Part shown: positions 1-14,069 of the stretch, one piece after another
How positions within the stretch are numbered: position 1 is the first letter of the stretch
How the letters are laid out: each line of letters begins with the position of its first letter
Assembly (NCBI GenBank): GCA_964016885.1
Contig: OZ024740.1
Coordinates: 409,944,001-410,008,000, forward strand
Reading direction: 5' to 3'
DNA from: Eledone cirrhosa
Taxonomy: Eukaryota
Length of the DNA: 64,000 bases
Made by a program: the position numbers and the translations under genes
Notes under the pieces: model-generated
Databases searched by the model: none
The model's input: only the letters and a program-made list of their open reading frames with translations
What the model was told of the DNA's origin: nothing

Positions 1-1322
1 GGCCAATTTAGGCAAAATTTCGACTAATTTGCAATCCATTCAAATTGTCATATTTCCTAAACTATTCATCCAAATTTCATAAATGAGGTATCAAATGTTT
101 CTTTTCAGATGCGATCCAAGAAAAATTACAGTAGAAGCTAGATTTAAATATTTTCAAAAATTCATAGTGATGTACCTAATTGAAGGATTGAAAATTTAGA
201 TCATTGTATTTTATACAAAATGATAGGGTGTAGACAAATTTATGGTGGTGTTTAGCCCCAGGTCTGCTCTGATCAATGATCAAGCAGGCCTATGATAAAA
301 GTATTCCAACCATGATTATCTCATCTTATTTTCAGTGTATCAAGGGTTCCATTATGCAAGTTATTCTTTTTTAAGATGGTATGGTGTGGTTCAATAATTT
401 AACTGCTATTTCTATCAGGTCACATGGCCACAAAGAACCCCCTCCTCTAATTGGCTTGATCAATATTTCAGGATCAAGTAGAAAAGTGTCATCTAGCATA
501 TTGGTTTTATTGTTAAAACTGTTGTTGTGAGGCATGAGTTCCTGTTTGGTTCATTTGTCATAACTACAGTAATTTCTTCCCCATGGTAACAGAAATTGTA
601 ACTTTATCTCATCCATTTGAGTGATAGTTGGTGGTAGATTTTCTCTATTGCTCAGTTTCTCACCAACTGGCATGGGGCTTTGTTGCAAGGATTTGTATCA
701 GGTCTTTTGTTTGAAATAAGACATAGGTGTTACTTTTTTTTCACTAAGCCATTTAAAAAAGGTCAACATCTCTTATTTACAATTTCTTCATATGTTGCTC
801 TATCCCCCCCCCCCCCCCAATTATATCAAATCAGGTTTTACTGTATATGACTGGTCTGTTTTGGAAGGTTTGGGGTGGAAATTAACATGTTATTGTCAGT
901 AATGTGGTTCTAGTGAATGTCCCAAACCCAGTCTTTTATTGAAAGCCTGTGCTTATCATGTCCTATCTATAGACAAATGTTTGACTTTTGATATTTATTG
1001 CTATTTACCTTATAATGTGTTTGCAGCAATGCTCTTTGATGTCCAACCTTTATTTTACTCATAGTGAATCTAAAGACATTTCTTTACCTTTTATCATGTT
1101 GATATTTTTCAATGTTTTCATATTGCCATCCCAAGGCCACAGTGTTGCATATTATCTCTGGAAAACAAAACTGTTCTTATAAATGTAGAATACGTAGTTG
1201 AAGACCTTAATAGTTAATATTTTATGGGGAGATATTACTAGCTCAGTTTCAGCCATTTTGATACTAAACCCACACAAAATGATAATTGATTAAATGTATT
1301 CTTTTTAATCCCAGGTCATCCC

Positions 1323-1354
<32 letters not shown>

Positions 1355-1724
1355 GTGTTCCAACAATGACCATCTAATATTTTTTTAGGCACTATGTATC
1401 TAGGATTAGCATTATTCAGAGTCATTTTCTTTTAAAGATTGTAAAGTGATTTAAGGGAAACTTAGCTCATATCTCCAGTAGGTTGAACAACTACATAGAG
1501 GCTTCCTTGTTGGTTGCAGTCTTGTATATACTAGTATTAGTTGGATGAGTCTACAGTATAATGTAACACCTCTCCATGCATCTGGATCTGCTCATTTTTG
1601 AGGTTACAAATTCTCAGGCCTTATTTCATCTCAACTCTTTCTTGGTCTACCTCAACAATGATTAACATCTGCCACTAATTGAAGCCATTCTTTACTTGGC
1701 AATTCATTTTCATTCCCATTATAT

Positions 1725-1940
1725 GGTCATATGGATTGGTAGAATAATTTGAGCACCAGGCATACTTTGCACATTTAGTTATGGCCCTTTATGTTCTGAG
1801 TTAAAACACTGCCAAGGTCAACTTAGCCTTTCATTCTTCCAGTGTCGATAAGATAAAGCACCAATCATATGCTGTGTGATGTAATCAACTTTCTCCTCCA
1901 CAAATTGTTTGCTTTGTGCCTTATTTAGAAATCATTATAT
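1725..1940 (+). mobile_element. Degenerate tRNA-derived SINE (same family as 58292-58477)
   Basis: Matches younger copies: tggattggtagaat...ttctgagttaaaa...aaggtcaacttagcctttcattctt...gtcgataa...tttgtgcc...tagaaatcatt. Further decayed copies near 2890-2990(+), 3200-3370(-), 3590-3800(-). Confidence 0.7.
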
Positions 1941-4299
1941 GGTCATACTGACATAGTTATATCTCTTACATATACTTATCTCTGGCTTTCCTATTCATTT
2001 TCTCATTTCATTTTTACTCAACTTTCCTTTTAAGTTAACATTACAGATGCCATGGTAGATTTTTCTGCAACTACTTTTTGACAATTCCATTCATTGATTA
2101 TATTCTTTTTTTCTTTCCAAGTTACTACGAAATCTATTTTAGAGTCTAAAATTAAAAATACAAATTTTATTAGTTATTTTAGAAGTATTTTTTCATTTGT
2201 GTAGTTTTTAAAACCTTGAAGAAAGATTACTATCCTATTATTGTACACATGTAACAACAGCAGTTGTAAAATCAGTTTGTTATACTTTAATCCATAACAT
2301 CCTGTACCACATGAATCCACATTCAGGAGACATTCTTGTAAAATACTTTAATATTGCAAATTTTCACAACAATCTGTTTACTAGTAAAGATACTGTAAAC
2401 ATTTGAATTAACAAATCAATTTTTTTTAAAGATATGTTTTGTTAAGAGTTAAAAATGTGGAATTTTTGATTATGAGAGTAAAATCAGGAATGCTAGGAAG
2501 CTCATGATGGTCTGTATTAAGCAATAATTAGTTAAACCGCAACATTATTTTTAGTTTTCCTCAATCAGAGGAAGGGCAAAAGCCTGAAACATAGCAGTTG
2601 AACTTATCACACTCTTCAAAGAAGTAGAGAGCTTTATTTCTGGTTTTAAATTGCAATGAGTTGGATTGTCCTTTCAGCTTCTGCTTTTGACAAAATAAAT
2701 ATATTAGACTATGATTAAGAGAATCACTTGTCTTAACATTGGTTTATTATTAATTTGTCTTGTTTTGCAAATCATGTCTTATGTCTTTTTCCTGAAAATC
2801 CCCATCATCACTAGCTTTATACTTTTGGGGAAAGGTATGAACTATAAAACTGTACATTTTTTTTCTATGAATTCAGTCTTAGTTTTTATACTTGTGTAGT
2901 AATGGAATGGTAGAATTAGTATTCTAGTTGAAATTCTGCTGAGGTTGATTTTGTCTTTCATCCTTCTGGCTCAATATAATCAATTCTTTGTCCCCCATTC
3001 ACACACATGATATTGTTATCATCATCATTGTCAAAATGATAGTGGAGCAGCATAAATGGTTGAGCATATGAACCACTTTTACCCTTACCCTTCTAGGCCT
3101 ACAAGTGCAATTGAAAGAAAACTTAAAGGAAATGGGGGAATTAACTGTTGTGATTGACAGATATGTGGCACAGATGAATCTAAACACTCAGAATTCAGTG
3201 TTAATGATGAGGATTTCTAATTTAGGCACAAGGCCACCAGTTTTTGAGGGCAGGGAATGTTGATTAAATTGATCTGAGTACTTGAATCATACTTTACTTT
3301 ATTGACACAAAGAATTTGATTTGGGAATGTAAGGAGCTAGTAAAAATACTGCAAGTCATCTATTTCTGCCAATCCAACTACCTTTAACACTGTTAATGAT
3401 CATACAATTAATGATAATGATTTTAGCCTGCAGGATGTAATGATGAATGGCTTTTACTTAATGGAAGCTGATTTCAATTCCTAATCGAAACTTAACTATT
3501 TGGCCTACTTAGAGAAATCTTTTTATTGATTAACATTGAAGTATTGTGAAAGGTTGTAGTAATAGTAGCAGCAACAACAGTAGTAGTAGTAATAACCATT
3601 TCTAACATTAGCACATGGCCAGAAATAGTTTGGGGGTTGATGTGTAAGTTGATTAATTTCCCCCTGTCTCTGTATGTTACTGATATTTTATTTTATTGAC
3701 TCTGAAAAGATGAAAATTAAAGTTGACCTCACTGAAATTTAAACTCTGAACATAAGGAGGTGGAACAAATTGTCTAATGCTCTATTGAGCCTTCCAATTT
3801 ATTACTAAATAATAATAATAGGTATGACGAGTTCTCTAAGTGCTACTTGCAATGGGTGAGGAATCATTACAAAAATAGTGGGAGTTTACAGTAATAATAA
3901 TGATAATATTCACCTTTATCATCTCTGACCTACTGGGCATGAATTTGTGTACATGAGATTATATTAATCAAAAATAGGTAAATGTAATTTTCTAGACAGG
4001 TATGATTAATAAATCTTTTATAGATTTTAATCCCTATTGATTCTGCCCTTACTCTTCTCTTCTTAACCTATTTTCTCCCTTTATTCTGTCAGTTGGGCTA
4101 CATGACAGCACGTTAATTATATAGTGTAAATATAAATCAGTGCTGATATAATATAGCTGGTGCTACTGATGTCCTCTCTTCTGTTTTTACTATATATATA
4201 TAATAGTAATGAGTATAATCGAAGTTGCAGCTGTAAGTAGCAGCATTAACACCTGATCTTCGAAGACTGTCATAAAGCACTTAATAGGCTACTAAATGA

Positions 4300-5900
4300 G
4301 GAGAATAAATGGGAGAAAGACAGTCTCCCCCACATTGATCCAATAGAGGGACCAGCAGTGCTAGTTGAAGGTAGTATAATAAGTAAGACAATCAAAGCTA
4401 TGAAGGCGGGTAAGGTGGCTGGGCCTTCGGAAATAGTTGCTGAAAGCATCTGGAACGGTGGGACACACTATGGTCACCCGGATAGTAAACCAAGTCATAC
4501 AGAACGGGGCCGTTCCGAAGGACTGGCGTAGCAGCATCATCATTAACTGCTACAAGGGTAAAGGAGATGCCCTAGATAGGGGTAACTATAGAGGCATTAA
4601 ATTTAGTCGACCAGGTCATGAAGGTCACAGAAAAAGTAATAGCGCAACTAATCAGAGAACGAATTGATCTAGATGAAATGCAGTTCGGGTTTGTGTCAGG
4701 TAAAAGTACCACAGACGCTCTTTTCATTGTACGACAACTACAGGAGAAGTACCTAGCTAAAAATAAACCCCTATACTTAGCTTTTGTTGACTTGGAGAAA
4801 GCCTTTGACAGAGTCCCCCTCTCCATTATCTGGTGGGCGCTTAGAAAATTAGGTGTTGATGAATGGCTTGTGAGAGCTATACAAGCCATGTATAAAGAAA
4901 CAGTCAGCAAGGTTAGAATTAACAACGAATATAGTGAAGAGTTTAGCGTAAAAGTTGGTGTTCATCAGGGCTCCGTTCTTAGCCCCCTACTATTTATTAT
5001 TGCCCTTCAGGCTATAACAGAGTAGTTCAAGACCGGCTGCCCATGGGAACTCCTATATGCAGATGATCTAACGCTCATAGCTGAATCAATGGCTGAACTA
5101 GAGAAGAAATTCCAAACATGGAAGCATGGCCTAGAATCAAAAAGCCTTAAAGTTAACTTGTCTAAGACTAAAGTTCTAGTTTGTAGGAAGGAAAATAGGG
5201 CACCGGTCCCATCTGGGAAATGGCCATGCTCAGTGTGTAGGAAAGGAGTAGGCAGAAACTCCATTTTATGTCCCAAATGCAAAGTATGGGTGCATAAAAT
5301 ATGTAGTGGGATCACAGGTAAGCTAACTAAGAATATAGATTTTATATGTGGCCGGTGCTCTGGTGCAATAAGTAGCAGCAAGTGCCCACAGAATACTAGC
5401 TCATTCCATTGCACAGATGGTTCTATAGAAATAGTGGACAGCTTCCGTTACCTGGGTGACAAAATCAGCAGTGGGGGAGGGTGCTCTGAAAGTACAGTAG
5501 CTAGTCAGAACGGGATGGAAAAAGTTCAGAGAGCTTATACCACTAATGGCCGCTAAAGGGTTCTCTCTAAAAATGAAAGGCAGGCTGTATGATGCCTGCA
5601 TACGAACAGCAATGTTATATGGCAGTGAGACCTGGGCATTGTGTGCAGAGGATATACACAGACTGGAGAGAAACGAAGCTTGCTTGCTCCGCTGGATGTG
5701 TAATAGTAATATACGTGAACGGCAAAGCATAAACGAACTAAGGGAGAAATTAGGAATAAGAGGGATCAGATGTTGTTTACTCGAGAGAAGACTACGTTGG
5801 TACGGTCACGTGATGCGCATGAAAGACGACAGCTGTATAAAAAAGTGCAGGGACGACTTGATAAATTCCGACCTCACACCTCTCCAAGACAATGTCACTG
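4300..5900 (+). mobile_element. RTE-clade non-LTR retrotransposon, 5'-truncated, disrupted RT
   Basis: YKGKGDALDRGNYRGI, QFGF, AFVDLEKAFDRV, GVHQGSVLSPLLF, LYADDL, FRYLG, MLYGSETW, RRLRWYGHVMR over several frames; in-frame TAG at 5023-5025 and frameshifts near 4600 and 5500. Confidence 0.92.
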
Positions 5901-6169
5901 GACCGAGATCTTTGGCGCTATACAGTCATACAGAAGACCCGCCTTGCCTAAGTACAAAGCGAAACCTACAGTCAGTAGGCACCTCTAACAAAATACACCC
6001 CCATCCCACTACCCCCAACCCATCCACACCACCCCCTTAAATGTGAAGTTATGTTGGTACCACAACATCCAGTCCGAAACAAATGAGGTCGTGTAGGTAT
6101 CACGACAAAAAAACACACAGTCCAAGCTGTAATGTGGCCGTGTAGGTAACACAGTAAAAACCTCCCAGT

Positions 6170-6330
6170 CCACACTGTAAACGTAGTTGGTGTTAGGAAA
6201 GGCATCCAGCCGTAGAAAACCAGCCAGACAGTCCTATACGAGCAAGACAACCACTCTTGCCTCAAGTGGGAAAACTCCCGTCTAAACCCATGCAAGCGTG
6301 GAAGATGGACGTTAAACAATGATGATGATA
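6170..6330 (+). mobile_element. SINE-like repeat with RTE-type (GAT)n tail
   Basis: gttggtgttaggaaaggcatccagccgtagaaa...aacccatgcaagc.tggaa...ggacgttaaacaatgatgatgat; recurs at 6820-6993(+), ~19858-19960(-), 24851-24960(-). Confidence 0.75.
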
Positions 6331-6819
6331 GAGTAATTAATAAATTTCTCCTCAGAGTGAACACAATAAGTTAGGTAATAGTGACGCCATGAATAATGCG
6401 ACCAGAAGCATGTTGCCACAGTACCACAGTACCACAATATACAGACAGGTGAACCTGGACCTGATTCATAGATATTAATCGACAAACATTTTTGATAGGT
6501 TTCTGGGAATCTGGAAGTTTGTAAAAAGGTGCAGAGCACTAGATGTCAATGGAGACCCAAGAAGAACTGGGATGAGGTGATAAAAGCCGACATTACCCAA
6601 TTACACCTCTCAAAGGCGATGACCCACGACCGTGACCTCTGGCGTCATGCAGTAATACAGAGTACCCGACCTCCCATGGGTACAAGCTGAAGCATATAGA
6701 CAATATGCCCCCACACCCTCCCACTCCAAAGTGGTCGTGGAGGTGCTACGGCAAAAAAGCACCCAGCCCACACTGTAAAGTGGACGTGCAGGCGCCACAG
6801 AAAAAAGCACCCTGCACTC

Positions 6820-6993
6820 ACTGTAAAGGAGGTTGGTGTTAGGAAGGGCATCCAGCTGTAGAAATCAAGCCAAAATCAGTTCCTGTATGAACAAGACAAG
6901 GTCAGCCAACCAGACACTGCCCACAACAGGACAACCCGTCTAACCCATGCTAGCATGGAAGAACGGACGTAAAACGGTGATGATGATGATGAT
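6820..6993 (+). mobile_element. Second copy of the (GAT)n-tailed SINE-like repeat
   Basis: Direct similarity to 6170-6330; ends ggacgtaaaacggtgatgatgatgatgat. Confidence 0.75.
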
Positions 6994-7373
6994 ATATAAT
7001 AGTTTTTTCAACACACCGTATGTATAGATGTATGTGTGGGAAAGAGGACAGAAAAAGTTTTTTTAAGATCTTTATAAGCACTTCTCAACAACAAAGACCA
7101 ATGTGGTTGATGTTATTTAGCCCTGAGTAGAATCAAGCAGGCCTATATGACCAATTGTTTTCCAGCAGAGTCTATCTTGTCCTTTTGCTTACTTAAGAAT
7201 ATATCATCTTTGATTGCAATTTTTTGGAATATTTGTCTGCATCCACCGATTGATATATATCATTTCAGAAGATCCTGTATAAGGGAGAAAGCAGTAACTG
7301 TTTGCTTAAACTATAATCTGTACTGTGTATAAATGTGTGTGCATGTGTGTATATATTTATCTGTGTGTATATA

Positions 7374-7918
<545 letters not shown>

Positions 7919-9049
7919 GTGTGTGTGTGTATATATGCGTCTGTGTGTGTGTATGTGTATGTGTGTGTGTGTATTTACACACATGTATATTGATCTTTGG
8001 TAAATTGACCCAAAGTAGTGCCGCAGTCTAATGACTGAAACAAGTAAAATATTAAAAGGATAAGCCATTCCGTAGTTACATAATTTGGCCATATAACAAA
8101 TACAATGTTTGAACTGCCGACTTGGTTGATTGTTACTGTATTGGTTGACGTGTGTGTGTGTGTGTGTGTGTTAGGGGGATGTGTATGCCTTTGCCGGCTT
8201 GGATGACTAGTTAAGTTTACTTTGCAGTTATAAGGTCACAAGTTTGATCCATCTCTGTGGCATCTTGGGCAAGTATTTTGCCATGGCCTTCTAAGTGAAA
8301 TTAGATTGACAAAAATTGTGGAAAGGCTTTGGATGGATTTTATCTATAATTCAAAGGTCCACCCTTTTCAGGTAGTGTCACACTGATCTAGCTTGGGAAT
8401 TATGTTAAGGGTACGCGTGTCTGTGGAATTATCAGAAAAATGAACCACTTACATGTTAATTCCCTGGTTGATGTTCAGTTAATTTAATGACTGAATACTT
8501 GCTCAACATCAAAACCAATGGAAGATTCATTATAATGAATTAAAATTATACTATGTTGTGCTATGACGCACTGTATTTTAGATAACACACTGTTCATTCT
8601 CTGCAATTAGGCTGGAAGCTATTTATTATGAAAAGATGGTGTGTTTCAGAGCTCCATTCACTCAAGGGATGATGAAAGACAACTGTTTAACTTCAGTGAC
8701 ACTTAATTTAACACCATAAATCAATAGTACTGGTTCTTTCTTGTCTGTACTGATTCCACCAGCTTTCAGTAATTGAATTTCTTTCCATGAAGTATGAATC
8801 TGTTTATCTTGGGAGTGTGAGTTGAGACAGAGAATGTTATCAAATTTACTATGTTCATTTGTTATGTTCATTATAGCATTGAAAGTATTTAGAATTTTGA
8901 GGCTAAAATATTTACAAACATTTATATGATTGTTTCTGTTTAATCACCAGAGACAGGTTAGATAAACTGACTCATTATTTCCATATTTCTGGTGTGACCC
9001 ACAATCCAGCCCATGCCCATCTTGAACACAACAAATTTGCTTACTTTTT

Positions 9050-10271
9050 GTCTTTGACAAAATCTGAAGTCACAATATAAGCCACACTGAAACATCTATT
9101 GATGAGGCTATGATTGTCTTCACTGTATGTCTGGCCTTAAACAGTACATTCCATTGAAGCCTACAAAACACGGGATAAATGTGTGGATGTGATGACTTCC
9201 AAGTTTATACTGGAAAATTTCCAAATCAGCCCGAACAAGAACTTGGAGAAAGGGTTGTGAAGGATCTCACAAGAGACATATGGGGACAAAACCACCACAT
9301 GGATTGTAATAATTTCTTTTCTTCTGTAAAATTCTTTGAGGAACTTGTACAGAATGGGACTTATGCTTGCAGCACAGTATATAAACATAGAAGAGGCATG
9401 CCTCAGTCAAATTGACTTGATTAAAAAACCGAAGGGGAACCTGGTGATAAGAAGACTGTAACACTGCTGACAACCAATTTCAGTTCGAATGACTTAACAA
9501 GTGACCATGTGCTATGTCTAAAAGCAATAATAAAAAAAATTATACTGAGCACATGAATGGTGTGGACCATGCAGACCAGTTGAAGGCCACCTACTGCATT
9601 GGAAGGAAGTCCAACAAATGGTGGAAATATCAGTTTTATTTTATTATTGATGTGGGTATATGTTCATTGTTTGGGCTGATGAAAGAGTCACCAAATCACA
9701 AACTCCTGTTTAAAAAAAAAGACAAGAACAAAAATATACTCAGTTGGTTTTCAGAATGAATCTGGCCCATCAACTAATCAGTGACTATAAAAGAAAATAA
9801 ATCCCTGGAAGAAGTTTATCAGGTACAGGATGCCATGCACTGGCCTGTGACTGGTGGTGGTTGTGAGGCATAAAGTATTCCAAACAGAACATTAGAAGGG
9901 AACCAAAAACAGGATGTGAACAGTGCAAAGTGAACCTCTGCATCAGCTGTTTCAAGCCATATCATCTTGAACATTTCCAGCAATTTATATGAAAATGTTT
10001 TTTCATGTTTTTGCTCATATCTTATGATACTAGATTGTTTATTTAATTTAATGAAATGCCAATATAATGAATATTTTGCACTATCCTTTAAAAAATTTAT
10101 TTTTTAACCTTCACTGACAATTTCATGTTTTTATCTTTATTATTTATAAACTCACAGCAATGTTTTTATGGACATGTTAAATAACTATCAAGTTTCACTA
10201 TTCAGCTTAGAAAACTAGAGTCAAAATATCATAATATTGTTCAGTGGTAGCAGTCAGGGAAGAAAGAGTTA
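9050..10271 (+). mobile_element. piggyBac DNA transposon remnant (degenerate transposase plus right end)
   Basis: SIDEAMI, QYIPLKPTKHG, NFFSSVKFFEEL, YTEHMNGVDHADQL..YCIGRKSNKWWK, and C-terminal CEQCKVNLCISCFKPYH; right end ...gggaagaaagag followed by TTAA at 10268-10271. Confidence 0.85.
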
Positions 10272-11759
10272 ATAAAATTTGACTAATGCTAGAGAAAGTA
10301 TTGCACGGCTAATATTCTTTCTATCACCAACTATTCAGCTAAAATACTTTTCATAGATACTTTATTTTGAAGATTACTTCATAGCTGAGCTGTTAAACCA
10401 CCCATCTGGAAAAAACAATTGTTCTATCAAAAGCTCTTCCACATATCTGCTAGCATGGATAAATGGAGGTTAAACTGCAGTAGATAAATAATAGTAATAA
10501 CAGTAAATACTCACAGATGCTACAAGGATTTTTAATCTTTAATAATGATAATTTCCTAGTGGCGGTAATTATTTCGCAGATGCCATAATTATTACCGCGT
10601 TAACTGAATTGTTCTATGTTGATGGTTATTAGTAAGGAATTGCTGTTTGTTAGGTTGCTGCATGCTGTTATGTTGTCCTAGTTCAGCTCTGAATGAGCTG
10701 GCCTATAATTGTAGGTTTCCAGCCATGAGTATCTCAGCTTTTTATGGTTATATAGGACTTCATTGTCCAATGTATATATTTTTTAAGATAGTAGGGTGTA
10801 ATTTGATAAATGTTTGTTATTTCTATATAGTAAGTCAGGTGAATGTATAGAAACCCTCAGCCCATCTGTTGTGCACATTAGATTAATGGTTTGATACAAA
10901 CATGCTTTTCATCTGGTATCTAATTCATATACTTGTTGCAGTTGCTAATAATAAGTATGGTCAATCTATTCACTAATTTCAGTTGGCAATCTCTTGTTTA
11001 CGGATGTGGTTTTTTTCATGTAGTGGCATACTGTGGAGCTTGAAGATTGCTGCTGCAATACATTGCTTATTACATGCCCAGGTGTTCTTTCATATTAAAT
11101 ATTTTTGTTTTGTTGTATAGTCTGTGTACATGTCATGGTGCATAGTGTGCTGTTTTGTGCTTTTTGTAGTTTATTGTGGTTTGTTATGGAGAGGTTGATG
11201 ACACTAACATAGTTCATGATTGATCTTGGTATACCATTCTTGCTGATTCCTTTTGTTAGCTAAATATGTTACCTGTGATTGTGCTAAGTATGTCTGTTCC
11301 GTTTTGCTTGTGTTATAAATACTATGGAGCAGTTTTATATAACTCCTAGTTTATATTGTTGAGTGTCATGGTTGTATTTGTTACTCTTTGGTATTGCTGG
11401 TAAGAAGAGAAACTGGACCTTTTGGTGTCAAGTTTCTAGAATTGTAGTTGTGTGAAAGTCTCTTGAGAATGGTAACATGTGGCATGGTTTTTGTTGTTGA
11501 ATCCATCATGTATTCTCTGTGTTAGGTTTCTGTTGGTCCTCAGTAAAACTCTCATAACCCAGCAACATTGTAATGATGAGGCAAGTAAAGAACACCTATA
11601 AAAAGGCTTTACAATTGTGGAGAAAATAAAAACACCAAAAACATAGTCAGCTTCAATAACAGCAATCATACTGCATTGTTATGGTATAATAAGGGATGTG
11701 TTCAGACCTTAGATAGAGAAGTGTTTGAAACAAATATATTGCTGTCTCCATCTAACATA

Positions 11760-12430
11760 AAAACTAATGGGCCTGCAACCTGTTCTGGGAGATGTAGGAT
11801 GGATACATAAAGATGCGTATTCCAAGACCTCAAAGACAGCCCAGAAGGGTGCAAACATTAGCAACTGGAAAGTTTACAACTCTTACAGGTGAGGAGGCCA
11901 GATGTTACTGACTAGATATAGTTGGAGTTTCTTAAACAATGTTACATGGATTTGGTACCTTAGATTTGGATGGAGGATGGGAACTGCATTATTCAGGTGT
12001 GGTGCTAGAAGGGACTGCACAGGTGGGAGTGGGGATACTCACAAGTCCCCGGCTGTCGGAATTTGTTATGGACTGGATCCCTTGGAAGGGAGAATTTGCT
12101 TCTTAAAGCTAGGCTGAAAGAATGGCCACTGTGGATGGTACAAGCTTATGTGCCAAACAGATAATCCAAACACTGACCCTTTCCTAGCAAGAAAGTTGGT
12201 GCAGTGTACTCTGCATACAAGTGGAATTTCACTGATGCAGATGAAGTTGAAGTATTTCAGGACTGCTTTTACAAGTGATGGAAGGCATGAGGCTGAATTA
12301 AATGCAACATTTGTTGGAGCTGGTGCAGTAATGCACCAGCTTCAGTGCTGGGTCATCAGAAGGGAGGTAGGCGTAAAAACCAAACTCGTATTTTCAAACT
12401 TGTGTTTGGGCCTCTGATCACGAATCTTGG
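11760..12430 (+). mobile_element. Highly decayed RTE-like LINE fragment
   Basis: KYFRTAFTSDGRHEAELNATFVGAGAVMHQL...KTKLVF resembles the post-RT region of RTE proteins. Confidence 0.5.
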
Positions 12431-13204
12431 TTGTGACGGAGTTGTATGATGTTACTTCAATTGGAGATTCTAGATTCTGAGAATTTGACAGTGTTGGTAC
12501 TAGTAGTTATAGGTGTTGGTGAGGGCAGTGATTCTTTCAGGCCCTATCTGTTTTAGGTATATGCTTATGATTTTATCTAGCCTTGAGGCTTTTGAGTGTT
12601 TAGATTTTCCAATTTATCATTTACTGGGTGTTTGTTGGAAGTTGTGGTCTACATGTATAGTGTGTATATTTTATTTTGTGTTCTTGTCTTTCGGTAGTTT
12701 TTGGTTGATGGTTTCTTCAGAAATGTCTAAGAACATTTTATAGGCGTTGTAGTGTGTCTCTGTTATGTGAGGTTATTGTGTCATAGGAAATGCTGTGATT
12801 TGTCTTTGTTGCTGCTTATTACTCTGTGTTTTACTGTCAATTTTTGTGATCTACAGTGGCCAATTATTTTGTGGCATACTGGATTAATTATTATTTTTTT
12901 TTTTTTAATAAAAAAAAAATATTTATAATTGTTTGTTCAAGAGGACGGTATTGTGCTCATGATCTTCACAGGCTCTTTGAGAAGAGTAAGATTGGTGAGA
13001 TTGGTCATCTGTAAATGGAAATCTTGAGAAAAATATGAATAAGAAGGAAATTTCAAAGTGAATATTTTAGAGAAGAGATTGAATTTAGTGGTTGACACCT
13101 ATAGGAATATTGGATTTAAATGACAACTACTGGAAAGATATGAGTAAGAAATGAATTCCGGATAAATTACATTTTAGGAAGCAAGGGTGCAATATAGTGG
13201 TTAA

Positions 13205-14015
13205 TGATGGTCAACCTTGCCTTTCATCCTTTCAGAGTAAATAAGTACTAGTCAGGTAGTAGGGACAATTTAATAGAATATCTCATCCCTCCAAATTTCT
13301 GGCCTTGTGCCTATGTTAGAAATAATTATATAAGGACATGAATTGGCAGAATTTGTAGAGCATCATATAGAATGCCCTAATGTTTGGTTATGGCCCTTTA
13401 TTTTCTGAGTTCAAATCCAATTGAGGTCAACCTTGTCTTTCATCCTTCCATGGTTGATAAAGTACCTGTCAAGTATTGGGGTTGATTTAATTAAAACAGC
13501 TCTCACCAAACTTATAGTTCTGGGCCTGCTAAAGACAATTATTATTATTATCAAAATGTTAACTTTGCCTTTCATCCTTATGGGGTCGATAAAATAAAGT
13601 ACCAGTAATGTACAATTATTACTATAAAAATGTGATGGATTTTTAGAATTGGTAGAGCTTTGGACACCATACTTCATGGCATAGTTATGGCCATTTATGT
13701 TCTGATTTCAAATCCTGTTGAGGTTTGCTTTGCCTTTCATCTTTACAGGTTTGATAAAATACAGCACCAGTAATGCACTGGGGTCGATTTAATCAACCTT
13801 TCTCTCCTCCAAGATTGTTGGCCTTGTGTCTAAATCAGAAACCATTATTATTAAGGTGGTCGATTGGCAATACCGGTAGTGTTGGACAACATGCTTTGTA
13901 GCATATAGTTATGACCCTTTGCCTTCCAGCTTTCCGGGATGTAGCAGACTAGTACAGGTGGTATTGTAGACCCACCAATGGCTTTGTGCCTATATAAAAA
14001 ACAATTCTTATTATT
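13205..14015 (+). repeat. Head-to-tail cluster of about five decayed tRNA-SINE copies
   Basis: Repeated ttgcctttcatcct...gataaa...gtacca/ggccttgtg...attattatt modules near 13210, 13430, 13560, 13725 and 13920. Confidence 0.8.
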
Positions 14016-14069
14016 ATTTTGTTAAGGAGTGCCAAATTACATGTCTATAACTGGAGTTTAAAATCTGTC

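Noticed and set aside
11100-13200. Possible ancient GIY-YIG/PLE remnants on the minus strand
   Set aside because: Only faint motifs (e.g. TNRNLTQRIH); too decayed to call without a profile search.
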